This document shows, piece by piece, positions 1 through 11,095 of a DNA stretch of 64,000 nucleotides. Below the pieces are notes generated by a model. That model was not told where the DNA came from. It ran no database searches and saw only the letters and a list, made by a program, of their open reading frames with translations. Position numbers and translations under genes: made by a program. How positions within the stretch are numbered: the stretch's first letter is position 1; every line of letters begins with the position of its first letter. The stretch is from an uncultured Candidatus Binatia bacterium (GTDB lineage: Bacteria; Desulfobacterota; Binatia; UBA9968; CAXXLF01). The stretch lies in the NCBI GenBank assembly GCA_965218425.1, contig OZ244621.1:4000001-4064000 (forward strand). The letters are read 5' to 3'.

Positions 1-786
1 AACCATGCAACCGATATTGCCGTTCAAGGCGATGTAGGAAAGGCTGTATTTCGATGCCTCGAGCTCCTTCGGATCCTCTTCACTGGGATCCCTCAAGGCC
101 GCAATTTGGGGTTGACGCGGCAGCGCGTTGTCGTCAAAGTTCATTTTCGCATCCAGGGCAAGCATGCCCCCGTCTCCCGTGAGTACCAAAGGGTTGATCT
201 CCAGAAGTGTGCAATCACAATCCATATAGGCTTTCACCAGACCCTGCAGCAGTGGCAGCAAGTGCTTAACCTTGTCCTGCGGTAGCCCAAGCCGATAGGC
301 CACCCGCCTCACTTGAAACGGCAACAGACCCACGGCAGGATCGATGGATTCCCGAATGATCTTTTTCGGGCTTCTCTTGGCCACTTCCTCAATTTCCACC
401 CCGCCCTCCGCGCACGCCACCACAGACGGTCGCGACAGAGCTGTGTCCAGGGCCACACCAACGTAGAGTTCTGACTTGATATCGCATCCCTGCTCCACGA
501 GGACACGTTTCACTTCTTTACCCTGGGGTCCCGTTTGATGGGTCACCAGATTCATTCCGATCATCTTCCCGGCCAGTTCTCTCGCCTCTTCGGCGCTCTT
601 CGCCAGTTTAACGCCTCCACCCTTGCCTCTGCCGCCGGCATGGATTTGCGCCTTGATCACACAGGGGAATCCCATCTCTTTGGCCGCGCCGCAGGCCTCC
701 TCAGGCGTCGATGCCACACGACCACGAGGGACCGGCACACCGAATTTCCCGAGGATCTCCTTTGCCTGATATTCGTGAATGTTCAT
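1..786 (-). CDS. sucC: Succinyl-CoA synthetase beta subunit (runs off window start)
   Basis: Manual translation from ATG 786: [12 protein letters not shown]...[16 protein letters not shown]...LEINPL...[13 protein letters not shown]...GNIGCMV; lies downstream of mdh. Confidence 0.97.
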   Translation of the reverse strand, partial: MNIHEYQAKEILGKFGVPVPRGRVASTPEEACGAAKEMGFPCVIKAQIHAGGRGKGGGVKLAKSAEEARELAGKMIGMNLVTHQTGPQGKEVKRVLVEQGCDIKSELYVGVALDTALSRPSVVACAEGGVEIEEVAKRSPKKIIRESIDPAVGLLPFQVRRVAYRLGLPQDKVKHLLPLLQGLVKAYMDCDCTLLEINPLVLTGDGGMLALDAKMNFDDNALPRQPQIAALRDPSEEDPKELEASKYSLSYIALNGNIGCMV

Positions 787-863
787 GAAAGGATTATGGA
801 ACAGTAATTAGCAGCAAACAGCTAAGAAAGGAGGAGGCAGAGCACGATCCACACGAATCCATT

Positions 864-1823
<960 letters not shown>

Positions 1824-3089
1824 CTACATATTTTGGACAATGGCCGAACCAAACTCCGAACACTTCAAGAGCTTCGAGCCCGGCATCAATCTCTCGAAAT
1901 CATAGGTCACGGTCTTCTGACCGATGGTGCGCTCGAGTCCGGAGATAACCAGGTCGGCCGCCTCATTCCATCCCATATGGCGCAGCATCATTTCTCCCGA
2001 GAGGATCACCGAACCCGGGTTCACCTTATCCTGACCCGTGTATTTGGGTGCGGTTCCATGGGTGGCTTCAAACAGGGCGTGACCGGTATCGTAGTTGATA
2101 TTACCGCCGGGAGCGATTCCGATCCCTCCCACCTGAGCAGCGAGGGCATCGGAGATCAAGTCCCCCGTGAGATTCATTGTGGCGATGACATCAAACTCGT
2201 CGGGCCGTGTGAGAATCTGCTGTAAAAAGGCATCGGTGATGGCGTCCTTGAGAAGAATCTGACCCGCCTTGGGTTTTCCGCCACAATCCTCCCAGGAAAC
2301 CACCTTGTCGCCAAACTCCCGCTTCGCCAGGGCGTAACCCCACCGCATAAAGGCGCCCTCGGTGAATTTCTGAATGTTTCCTTTATGAACCAGCGTGATA
2401 TTGCGCCTTTTCTGGTCAATAGCGTAACGAATGGCGGCACGGATCAGACGTTCCGACCCCTCAACGGAAACCGGCTTGATCCCTATACTCGATGTCTGAG
2501 GAAACCGGATGCTTTTGACCCCCATCTCTTTTTGCAAGAAAGATACGACCTTTTCCGCCTCCGGCTTTCCCGTTTCCCATTCGATGCCGGCATAGATATC
2601 TTCCGTGTTCTCCCGAAAGATAACCATGTCCACCAGCTCCGGCTTTTTGACGGGAGAGGGGACTCCTTTGAAATAGCGAACGGGGCGCAAGCACACGTAA
2701 AGGTCGAGCACCTGGCGCAAGGTCACGTTGAGACTTCTAAAGCCTTCACCCACCGGGGTGGTCAGGGGTCCTTTAATTCCCACCAGGTATTCTCTGATGG
2801 CATCTACGGTTTCCTGGGGAAGCAAATTGGGAGGGCAATCGGAGCCGTAAACCGCCTGAGCCTTTTCCCCCGCGTAAACTTCCATCCATGCGATTTTTCT
2901 CTTCCCGTCGTAGGCCTTCTCCACGGCACCGTCGAGAACCCGCACGGAAGCGTTCCAAATATCAGGACCCGTTCCATCACCCTCAATAAAGGGGATAATG
3001 GGCCGGTCAGGCACCTGTAAACCCTTGCTTGCGGACAGAGTTACTTTGGATCCATCAGAGGGAACCTTGATGTGTTGGTATGCGGCCAT
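1824..3089 (-). CDS. icd: NADP-dependent isocitrate dehydrogenase
   Basis: [43 protein letters not shown]. Confidence 0.97.
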   Translation of the reverse strand: MAAYQHIKVPSDGSKVTLSASKGLQVPDRPIIPFIEGDGTGPDIWNASVRVLDGAVEKAYDGKRKIAWMEVYAGEKAQAVYGSDCPPNLLPQETVDAIREYLVGIKGPLTTPVGEGFRSLNVTLRQVLDLYVCLRPVRYFKGVPSPVKKPELVDMVIFRENTEDIYAGIEWETGKPEAEKVVSFLQKEMGVKSIRFPQTSSIGIKPVSVEGSERLIRAAIRYAIDQKRRNITLVHKGNIQKFTEGAFMRWGYALAKREFGDKVVSWEDCGGKPKAGQILLKDAITDAFLQQILTRPDEFDVIATMNLTGDLISDALAAQVGGIGIAPGGNINYDTGHALFEATHGTAPKYTGQDKVNPGSVILSGEMMLRHMGWNEAADLVISGLERTIGQKTVTYDFERLMPGSKLLKCSEFGSAIVQNM

Positions 3090-3114
3090 AATATTTCCTT
3101 TTTATAATTAATAA

Positions 3115-3159
3115 ATAGCCTAAGAGCACCCTGAGATTTGAAAGGGACTCTTAGGCTAT
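3115..3159. promoter_or_regulatory. Hairpin in the icd leader region
   Basis: Perfect 12-bp inverted repeat ATAGCCTAAGAG (3115-3126) / CTCTTAGGCTAT (3148-3159); candidate minus-strand -35 TTGACT at 3218-3213. Confidence 0.5.
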
Positions 3160-3317
3160 CTGACGGAAGAATAATGAAAACAGAGAGTTTTTTTAACTAA
3201 TCCATGATAAAGAGTCAACCCCAATTCGGCTCTACATGACTAAGTGTGGTGGGAATGTCTCTTTGACCGTCTCCGACTACTAAAAATAGCGATCGCACAT
3301 TCTCCATCCCCGTTACT

Positions 3318-3672
3318 TTGGGCTTCGAAGACTTCCTTCGCTCCACGGGACTCCCCGAGCGACCCACCGGGGCGGCGCTCGCACGAACCTTCCGGATCTC
3401 AGATTGGCCGTGGGAGGACCCCGGCTTTCACGTGGCGCCGACCTCGGCGGGTATCCCGCTGCTCCGTCCATGTTCCACTTAGCAAAACCCCTCAGCCCAT
3501 ATCTGATGCAAAGGGAGCTGGCGTGCCCGAGCGAAAGTGCGGTTCTGAGGCGTTGGAAGCCTCTGCGAAGCTGAAGATAAGCAGCATCGACTGTCTGAGC
3601 GTGGCGAGTTTCGAGGCTGCCCGCCGAGAAACCACTGAAGCGAAGGGATGCTGGCTCCAGTTGCAATTTGAT
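3318..3672. other. GC-rich structured intergenic element (candidate ncRNA or REP/MITE-like repeat)
   Basis: Several stems, e.g. GGAGCTGGCGT pairs with ATGCTGGCTCC using 3 G-U pairs; GAGGC/GCCTC; GCAGC/GCTGC; no convincing ORF. Confidence 0.45.
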
Positions 3673-3818
3673 CCACTGGAAAACTAGTCAAGGAACGCTA
3701 AGCAACCAACCTCGACAAAATGAATCCTTGAATCCTTACCATCCACAGATTATATTCGAAAAAATTTTGTCTGCGTGATGAAAAAACCTTTCCATTAAGG
3801 TCCGTTAAGGAGACTATT

Positions 3819-4526
3819 TTGGGTGTGGTGGTTCGCCGGCTTTCCAAGGCCTACGGTTATTTATGGGCCCTAAATGAGGTAACCCTTGAACTCAGAGACG
3901 GAGACTGCGTAGCCCTGCTTGGCCCCAACGGTGCTGGCAAAACCACCTTGCTAAAGCTCCTTTCGGCCCTCCTCCATCCAACCACTGGTGGAATCGAGGT
4001 CGATGGCCAACGGCTGGGGCGCGGAAACTCCCACCTCCGGTCGGCCATTGGCTTGCTTTCCCCCGATGGGCAAGTCTACGATGATTTGACTGCAAAGGAG
4101 AACCTCCATTTCTTTGTCTCCCTGTGCGGGAAAAAAATACCATCCCGGGAATTGGATCAGGTGTTGGACCGGGTGGGGCTGGGAAACTGCTCGGACACCT
4201 ACGCCTCCTCCCTCTCCCATGGCATGAAATGCCGTCTTGCCATCGCCAAATGGTCCCTTTTACAGCCCAAGATCCTCTTGCTGGATGAGCCCTATGGAGT
4301 CCTGGACGGCACGGGAATCAACCTGCTCGAAGGCTATCTAAAGAGCCTCTGCGAAAAGGGAGGCATCGTGGTTATGGCGACCCACAACGTTCACCGCATA
4401 CTCGCCTACTGTACCCGGGCCCTTATCCTACAGAGCGGCAAGATCATCTTTGACGAGCCGCGGCAAGAACCGTGGGAGAGCTTCCATCGTGCCTTTGCAG
4501 CTTTCTTACCGCGAGACGATCATTGA
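3819..4526 (+). CDS. ccmA: Heme exporter ATP-binding protein CcmA
   Basis: Walker A GPNGAGKT, LSHGM signature, LLLDEP; TTG start after AGGAGA; first gene of ccm cluster. Confidence 0.92.
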   Translation: MGVVVRRLSKAYGYLWALNEVTLELRDGDCVALLGPNGAGKTTLLKLLSALLHPTTGGIEVDGQRLGRGNSHLRSAIGLLSPDGQVYDDLTAKENLHFFVSLCGKKIPSRELDQVLDRVGLGNCSDTYASSLSHGMKCRLAIAKWSLLQPKILLLDEPYGVLDGTGINLLEGYLKSLCEKGGIVVMATHNVHRILAYCTRALILQSGKIIFDEPRQEPWESFHRAFAAFLPRDDH

Positions 4527-5200
4527 AGACTTTGCAGCAAATCTACTGCTTGGTTTGGAAGGACATCCTGCTGGAGATCCGGCGTCGAGAGAACCTCCTC
4601 TCCATGTTTTTTTTCGGTACCGTCCTTCTGTTCATCTTTCATTTTTCGTTCGAGATTCCGCCCGAGCGAACCATGGAAATGGCTCCCGGCCTTTTGTGGC
4701 TCGCCTTCGTCTTCACGGGAACCCTGGCGCTGACCCAACTCTTTCACGTAGAAAGAGAAAACCAGTGTCTGGAGGCCCTGCTCCTTTGCCCCATGGACCG
4801 CGGGGCCTTTTACCTGTCCAAGGTCCTTTTCAATCTTTTTTTGATGGTGTTGGTGGAACTGGTAGTCTTTCCTCTTTTCGCAATCCTGTTTAATATTGAC
4901 CTCTGGAGGCAACTGCCATCGCTGTTATTCATCGTCTTTCTTGGAACCATCGGATTTTGCGCACTGGGGGCCCTGTTCTCGGGCCTCACTCTGAGGGCCC
5001 GTGCAAAGGAACTTTTACTGCCCCTCATCCTGTTTCCTCTTATAATTCCTGCTATCCTTGGAACCATTCGGGGAATGCAGATTATCCTTGGCGCAACAGA
5101 CATGCAGGAGCTTTTGCCCTGGGTGCACATGTTAGTCGCCTTCGATGTGATATTCTTAACGGTAGGGTTTCTCATCTTCGAATGGGTCATTGAAACCTAA
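4523..5200 (+). CDS. ccmB: Heme exporter permease CcmB
   Basis: WKDILLEIRRRE, PGLLW, ERENQCLEALLL, LLLPLILFPL; TTG start overlaps ccmA stop. Confidence 0.93.
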   Translation: MKTLQQIYCLVWKDILLEIRRRENLLSMFFFGTVLLFIFHFSFEIPPERTMEMAPGLLWLAFVFTGTLALTQLFHVERENQCLEALLLCPMDRGAFYLSKVLFNLFLMVLVELVVFPLFAILFNIDLWRQLPSLLFIVFLGTIGFCALGALFSGLTLRARAKELLLPLILFPLIIPAILGTIRGMQIILGATDMQELLPWVHMLVAFDVIFLTVGFLIFEWVIET

Positions 5201-5202
5201 CG

Positions 5203-5910
5203 ATGGCAACTGAGACAAAAAAAACGGGCACAGGGAGAAAAATCCTCGGGGGGCTGGCCTTACTGTTTGTCCTTCTGGGTCTTTACTTCGGACTGATCAA
5301 GGCTCCGCCGGATGCCAACCAGGGGGAGGTGCAACGGATCATGTACCTGCACATTCCAAGCATCCTGACCGCCTACCTGGCCTTCTTTCTCGTATTTGTG
5401 GGTAGCTGCCTCTACCTCTGGAAGGGGGAACGACGCGACGACATCCTGGCCCATTCGGCGGCGGAGTTGGGGGTTCTCTTTACTGCGCTGACGATTGTTG
5501 AGGGTGCCATATGGGGGAAACCCACATGGGGGGTTTGGTGGACCTGGGACGCCCGTCTCACCTTGACGGCGCTCCTGCTCCTGATTTTCGTAGGCTACCT
5601 GATGCTGCGCTCCCTCATTGAAGACCAACACCGAAGTGCGACCTGTGGCGCCGTACTGGGTATCATCGGTTTTCTCGACATACCGTTGATTCACATGTCG
5701 GTCTACTGGTGGCGGACCTTGCATCAGCCTCCATCGATACTGCGACCGGATAAAGCGCCATGGGACAACATCCATCCCGATATGCTCTGGGCTCTGGGCA
5801 TTAACTTCATCGCCTTCTTTTTTCTCTTGTTTTACCTCCTTTCGGTGCGGTTGCGGGTGGGAGAAGCGGAAGAAGAATTGAAAAAACTAAAACTCTACGG
5901 AACCACCTGA
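5203..5910 (+). CDS. ccmC: Cytochrome c biogenesis protein CcmC
   Basis: WGKPTWGVWWTWDARLT tryptophan-rich motif, conserved His in YLHIP and TLHQ. Confidence 0.96.
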   Translation: MATETKKTGTGRKILGGLALLFVLLGLYFGLIKAPPDANQGEVQRIMYLHIPSILTAYLAFFLVFVGSCLYLWKGERRDDILAHSAAELGVLFTALTIVEGAIWGKPTWGVWWTWDARLTLTALLLLIFVGYLMLRSLIEDQHRSATCGAVLGIIGFLDIPLIHMSVYWWRTLHQPPSILRPDKAPWDNIHPDMLWALGINFIAFFFLLFYLLSVRLRVGEAEEELKKLKLYGTT

Positions 5911-6059
5911 TGGGACACTGGGGATTCGTATTCTTAGCATACGGAATTGTCTGGTCGGCCATCCTCTTGTACCTTGTCCTGCTCAAACGTAGACTGCAGA
6001 AGGCAGAGGCCGCGCGAGACCTTTACGAAAGCTCAATCAATCTGAAAAACTCTGAGTGA
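5910..6059 (+). CDS. ccmD: Heme exporter protein CcmD (49 aa, absent from ORF track)
   Basis: MGHWGFVFLAYGIVWSAILLYLVLLKRRLQKAEAARDLYESSINLKNSE; single TM then basic tail; TGATG overlap with ccmC. Confidence 0.85.
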   Translation: MGHWGFVFLAYGIVWSAILLYLVLLKRRLQKAEAARDLYESSINLKNSE

Positions 6060-6107
6060 AACCTCTCTTGCGTTGTCTGAACAATCCCTATATAGCCCCT
6101 CGGCTCG

Positions 6108-7016
6108 TTATTTCTTTTTCTTTTCGGATAACGCAGAGGTCACGAGCCTTCGGATTGGCCTCCTATCTAGCCAATCCTGCCGCGTGTCCATGTCAAGATA
6201 AGCAACACCTTTTTTCCGCTGGTTGGCCAACGGGACATCTTTTTGGGAAATGTCAATGCGAAGTGAATCAGGGGCATCTCCGCCGCGGGCTCTAGCCGCT
6301 TCCCGCTGCAAGTTTAACTGCCCCTCGCGCGATAACCACCCGTTAATAAAAACTCTGGCAGCGTTGGGATGGGGCGCTCCATTCATGAGCCCTATAGTGC
6401 CGGCCTGAACGACCAGCCCAACACCTTCCTTCAACGGCCGGGTAAGCTTATCCACTGGTAGACCCTGTACTTTGGCCTGGGTCACATAACCTGAATGGCA
6501 AAAGAAACAAATGGAAAACCGACCTGTGGTCAGCCAGTCGATACTCTGCCGAAGATCTCTAAAGAGAGTAATATCCATCTCGCTAAACAGCCGCTTTAAG
6601 TACTTAGGCCCAATCTTGGGATTATAATAAAAGAAACGTGAAGCATCTCCTCCCGGACCCGGGATTCTTATATCACGGACCAGAATCTTTCCTTTCCATT
6701 TTGGATCCAGAAGATCATTAAAGGAGTTAATCTCCTTCAGATTAACCAGCTTGGTATTATAAGAAATCGCCCCATACTGGGGGGAATTCGTGTACTTCAT
6801 CACATACTGGTACTCTCGGTCCACGAAATGATGTTTATCCTTCCACCACTTGGATGTATCCACTACTTCCGGAAGAATCAGGGTAGGTTTGAGAGGATCC
6901 AACATCCTCCGCTTATGGAACACTAAAAGATTGGGGTTGAGTCCCCCGCTGCTAACATCGGCGATGTACTTTTCGGCCCTCCTTTCGGCCAGGATCTTTT
7001 GAGAAATCCCGGTGGC
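6108..7016 (-). pseudogene. 5'-truncated Fe(III)/thiamine-type ABC solute-binding protein
   Basis: YNTKLV, DLLDPKWKGKI, APHPNAARVFINGWLSREGQ; frame extends upstream (SQKILAERRAEKYIADV) to TGA at 7017-7019; no signal peptide. Confidence 0.75.
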
Positions 7017-8025
7017 TCAGCCAGCGACCTCTGTTGCAATGCAAAAGGCTCGTAAGCAAGGAGAATCCGCGGCCTACAAATTAGAGAGTCGCGACGGCCT
7101 CGCACGTTACAAAAGAATCGCCGCGATGCGCATTATGTCCGATACGTTTGTTTTCTCCAAGCATCCAGACGGAAGCGCAAAGAAAATAAAAATCCCCGGT
7201 GCGCCAGGAAACCGTTATGTGGGATTGATTCTCCTATTTAATACCGATTCGGGTGAACTAGTCGCTATGTTACCGGATGCGGAGATCCAACGGCGTCGCG
7301 TCGCCGGCACGGGAGCACTTGCTTCCAAGTATGTCGGTCGTCCGGATGCTCGAATCCTTACCATCATCGGTTCAAGCTGGCAGGCCGAGATGGCAGCCAT
7401 TGGTCATTGTCTGATCCGCGATTTTTCCCAGATACGGGTTTTTAGTCCGAATCGGGACCACCGTGAAGATTTCTGTAAACGCATGGCAGACCAGGTGCCC
7501 TGCCCCATCGTACCGGCGAATAGCGCCGCAGAGGCGATGAAAGGAAATGATTTGGTGGTTGGGGTAACCAACGGACCAGGCGCGAGTATCCCAGGAGATT
7601 GCTTGGAACCCGGTATGCACGTAAATCTTGTGCGCTACTTCGAACTTGATGAAACCGGCTGGAAACGCTGCGATGTTATTATCGAAGGGGACCGGCCAGA
7701 AAACGGCGATCCCAGTTTCTGGACCAAGCAGGTGTTTGGCTACAGATGGGTTATGGGTGGTCGGGCTGAGGCAGCCGGCACTGACTTTACGATCAGCGGC
7801 AGTGAACTCTATGAGACCCGAGCGCGCCATGTGCCGTTGCCCGATGCGGTTACGGGGCAGCAGCCAGGCAGACAAAGTGACAAGGAAATTAGCTGTTTCT
7901 ACATCAGTGTCCCTTCTGGTGCACAATTGGCCTATATTGGCGCGTTCATTCTCGAAGAGGCAAAGCGTAAAGGCATGGGTAGGGATCTTCCCAGTGAATG
8001 GTTTTCCGAAATCGAGAAGGATTAG
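7012..8025 (+). pseudogene. Ornithine cyclodeaminase/mu-crystallin family protein, N-terminus apparently missing
   Basis: LLFNTDSGELVAML, RRVAGTGALASKY, IIGSSWQA, PGMHVN; no RBS; abuts the truncated SBP head-to-head. Confidence 0.65.
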
Positions 8026-9160
8026 CACCATGGCAAATATTACCTTTATTCCCTTATTCCACTTTGTCGAGTTCGCCGTCGCCTGCGCGGAGACAGATCC
8101 AATTGGAGACTAGATCTCGTGGTGGAAATTGATTTCAGAAAAAGCATCATCGATAGAGGGATGGATACGCGGAAAGAAAACGCCATCTCGTTTGCGGAAG
8201 AGATTGAGAGACTAAATTTTGGCGGCATCTGGCACGGTCACTAGGTTGTCAGGGATCTTCCCGGTCTCGATACGCTGGATGTCCTTAGCGCCGTTGCAGC
8301 CCGGACCCGCCGTATCATGATCGGGCCAGCCGTGCTGCAAGTCCCCCTCTATCATCCACTGGACCTGGCACGGCGAGTCGTCACGCTCGACCACCTCTCT
8401 CAAGGCCGACTCCTCTTTGGCGTGGGAACCGGCGGCCTAAAACGTGAATACGATAATCTGGGCATACCCTTCAAACAGAGACCGGGGCGACTGGAGGAGA
8501 TGCTCGACATTCTCAAGAAACTTTGGACGGAAGAGGGAGACCTCAACTACGACGGCCGTTATTACAAACTCCAAAGTGTGGTCTGCTTACCCAAGCCCGT
8601 CCAGAGACCATACCCGAAAATACTGGGTGGCGGTGTTTGGCATGGAGGGGTTCTCGGCCGCTCTGAGATCGGCTCTGAGCAAGAGTGGAGTGAGCGAGCC
8701 ATCCACAGAATCGCCAAGCACTGCGACGGATGGATTACGGTATCTACAATTCCCACGGCAAGAGCGGTGGCGATAGTCAAGGAGGGTGTGGACCGAATCA
8801 AGGCGCGGGCCAAGGAGATGGGGCGAACCATTAAAGACGACGAGTTTGTTCTGGTGGCGGTGACAGGATTCATCAACATTGCAGATAATAAGTCCAAGGC
8901 CGAGGCTGAGAACTTTTATGGAGCCCGTGTAGCTCGGGGTTTCCATCAATCCAGGGGAAATCCATCCCTTGAAACGCACCTTGCTACGGGGGTGTTCGGA
9001 CCTGCGGAAGAGGTAGCGGACTTTGTCCGTCAATGGATTGAGGTCAAACGGCAGACACCTTCTCTCAAGCGAATTGTATTGAATCTCGCATCGTTTAGCC
9101 TCTTGGAACAAGTTCGCCGCTTTCATGACCATGACCTGCCCCCAGGAGTGGTACCACCCT

Positions 9161-10057
9161 TTAAGTTAGAGCCGGAATTATCTGGAGTCCAGCCCATGGG
9201 GATGAATTCCCAGCCTGCGCTCTGGGCAGAAAGGCCTCCGGTGCCGGAGAACGATAGCCCAGGGCGCTGTGAGGCCGCCGCTGGTTATACTCTCTTCTCC
9301 ATCTTTCGATCAGCACCTGAGCTTCCCTCAGGGTTTCAAACACCTCCCGGTTGAGCAGCTCATCCCTGAGTTTTCCGTTAAAACTCTCCACGTAGCCATT
9401 CTCCCAAGGACTGCCAGGCTCGATGTAGAGTGTCCTGACACCAATGGCCTTGAGCCAGTCCCGGATAGCCTGAGCCGTAAACTCGGGGCCATTGTCGGAC
9501 CGAAGGGACTGCGGCACGCCCCGTTCCACGAATAGCTCCGCTAACCGTTCCAGCACATCCCGGTGATTCATCCGTCTGGCCACATCAATCGCCAAGCACT
9601 CCCGGGTGTATTCATCCAGGATGCTCAACAGCCGAAAGGCCCGACCGTCTTCGGTTCGCTCGTGCACGAAGTCATAACTCCACACATGGTTTCGATGCGC
9701 CGGTCTCAGGCGAATGCAGGAGCCATCAGTCAACCGGAGCCTCCCTCGCTTAGGCTGACGGCTGAGGACTTTCAGCCCTTCCTGCCTCCAGAGCCTCTCC
9801 ACTCGCTTGTGGTTGACCTTCCACCCCTCCCCACGCAGCATGGCCGTAATCCTCCGGTAGCCGTATCGCCCGTATTCGCTGGCCAGCTCCATCATCCGAG
9901 CCACTAGTCTTGCTTCCTCTTCCGGGATCTCTCGGACTCTTCGTTGCGTCGATCGCGGCTGTCCCAACACTTGGCAAGCCCGGCGTTCGGAGACTCGATC
10001 AGGTCCCAATCTTTCTCTGGCCCATATCACCGCTCGTCTCCTCTTCGCCGGGCCTAG
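9161..10057 (-). CDS. IS3 transposase OrfB (DDE integrase core), made by -1 frameshift
   Basis: [33 protein letters not shown]; slippery GGGAAAC at 10066-10060; 5' boundary approximate. Confidence 0.92.
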   Translation of the reverse strand, partial: LGPAKRRRAVIWARERLGPDRVSERRACQVLGQPRSTQRRVREIPEEEARLVARMMELASEYGRYGYRRITAMLRGEGWKVNHKRVERLWRQEGLKVLSRQPKRGRLRLTDGSCIRLRPAHRNHVWSYDFVHERTEDGRAFRLLSILDEYTRECLAIDVARRMNHRDVLERLAELFVERGVPQSLRSDNGPEFTAQAIRDWLKAIGVRTLYIEPGSPWENGYVESFNGKLRDELLNREVFETLREAQVLIERWRREYNQRRPHSALGYRSPAPEAFLPRAQAGNSSPWAGLQIIPALT

Positions 10058-10332
10058 AAGTTTCCCGAGGACACTTCCTTCAGGATCTGGTTGTCCAGCG
10101 ATAGATCCGCCACCAGCTTCTTCAACCGCGCATTCTCCTTGTCCAAGGCCTTGAGCCTCTTGGCCTGATCCATCTTCAGGCCTCCATATTCCTTCCTCCA
10201 CCGGTAGTAGGTCTGCACGGTTACCCCCACCTGCTTGCACACCTGGCCCACCGCCTTCCCTTGGGCCAAGCTCACCTCCGCCTCACGCAGCTTGAGGATA
10301 ATCTGCTCGGCCGTAAATCGCTTTCTTGCCAT
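10054..10332 (-). CDS. IS3 transposase OrfA (HTH)
   Basis: [10 protein letters not shown]...[11 protein letters not shown]...[15 protein letters not shown]. Confidence 0.93.
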   Translation of the reverse strand: MARKRFTAEQIILKLREAEVSLAQGKAVGQVCKQVGVTVQTYYRWRKEYGGLKMDQAKRLKALDKENARLKKLVADLSLDNQILKEVSSGNF

Positions 10333-10657
10333 CCTTGCCTCCTTCCTAAAATCAAAATCCCTAACATTTCACCTGGACTCGTTTTAGGGGGCAAGGTCAA
10401 CCAAGTCTATCCCTTGATAGAAAAAGAACTCAGGGACGCCTGAGCAGTACCACGGAGTATGCCCTCGGGTCACTTTTCTACTAAAAAAATCCTACCCGCG
10501 GCCGGCTTCCCTCACATTTGTAAAAGCCGGGCAAACATTATTAAATTTATGCCAGTACCCTTGGCCCAGAAAATCGGCGGCTGTCGAGCACAGGTCAATC
10601 CCTCGGACTGTTGCTCGTTTTCGCCATACTTTTCTGTTACATTGATTGAGTTGGAAA

Positions 10658-11095
10658 ATGAATAGAAGCAGAAGATTTATCATTGGCGCCGTGATTATCG
10701 TGGCTGCCCTCTCCTACCTTATATATGGAGGCATGCGGCAGGCCCTGGTCTATTTCTCCACCCCTTCCGAATTGAAGAAGCGGGAGAGCAATGTCGAAAA
10801 CAAATTCCTGCGAGTGGGTGGGATGGTCCTAACCGGGTCGCTTAAGAAAAACGTTCAAGCACTCACCTATCGCTTCCAACTCACGGACGGCGCAGCATCC
10901 ATCCCAGTCTACTATAAAGGGGTTCCTCCCGACCTGTTCAGGGAAGGAACAGGAGCCGTGGTGGAGGGACGCTTTGGGAAGGACGGGGTCTTCCGCGCCA
11001 CCACCATCATGGCCAAACATGCAGAGGAGTATATGCCTCCCAAAGAGGGGCATTCCAAGTCTCGGAGCTTCGTTCCAGGCCAGGGGAAGCAGTGA
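10658..11095 (+). CDS. ccmE: Heme chaperone CcmE
   Basis: N-terminal TM, RVGGMV, PDLFREG, AKHAEEYMP heme-binding HxxxY motif. Confidence 0.95.
   Translation: MNRSRRFIIGAVIIVAALSYLIYGGMRQALVYFSTPSELKKRESNVENKFLRVGGMVLTGSLKKNVQALTYRFQLTDGAASIPVYYKGVPPDLFREGTGAVVEGRFGKDGVFRATTIMAKHAEEYMPPKEGHSKSRSFVPGQGKQ

Larger units (their letters stand above)
9132..10399 (-). mobile_element. IS3-family insertion sequence (IS407-like)
   Basis: Ends TGACCTGCCCCC / GGGGGCAAGGTCA; 4-bp target duplication ACCA (9128-9131, 10400-10403); orfA/orfB. Confidence 0.95.
8030..10443 (+). pseudogene. LLM-class flavin-dependent oxidoreductase, disrupted
   Basis: LSAVAARTRRIMIGPAV, TLDHLSQGRLLFGVGTG, PKPVQRPYP; in-frame TAG 8242-8244, probable 5' frameshift, IS3 insertion; C-terminus QVYPLIEKELRDA* resumes after the IS. 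Confidence 0.85.

Noticed and set aside
3244..3691. tmRNA, RNase P, SRP or group II intron; also three overlapping ORFs
   Set aside because: No tRNA-like ends or diagnostic conserved motifs found; only a loose resemblance to intron domain V; ORFs lack RBS and recognisable motifs
8242..8244. Pyrrolysine/readthrough TAG in LLM gene
   Set aside because: Gene has other lesions and no pyl genes are in the window
9161..10240. OrfB start at 10240 as given in the ORF track
   Set aside because: Upstream part overlaps OrfA out of frame; OrfB is better explained by -1 frameshift near 10060
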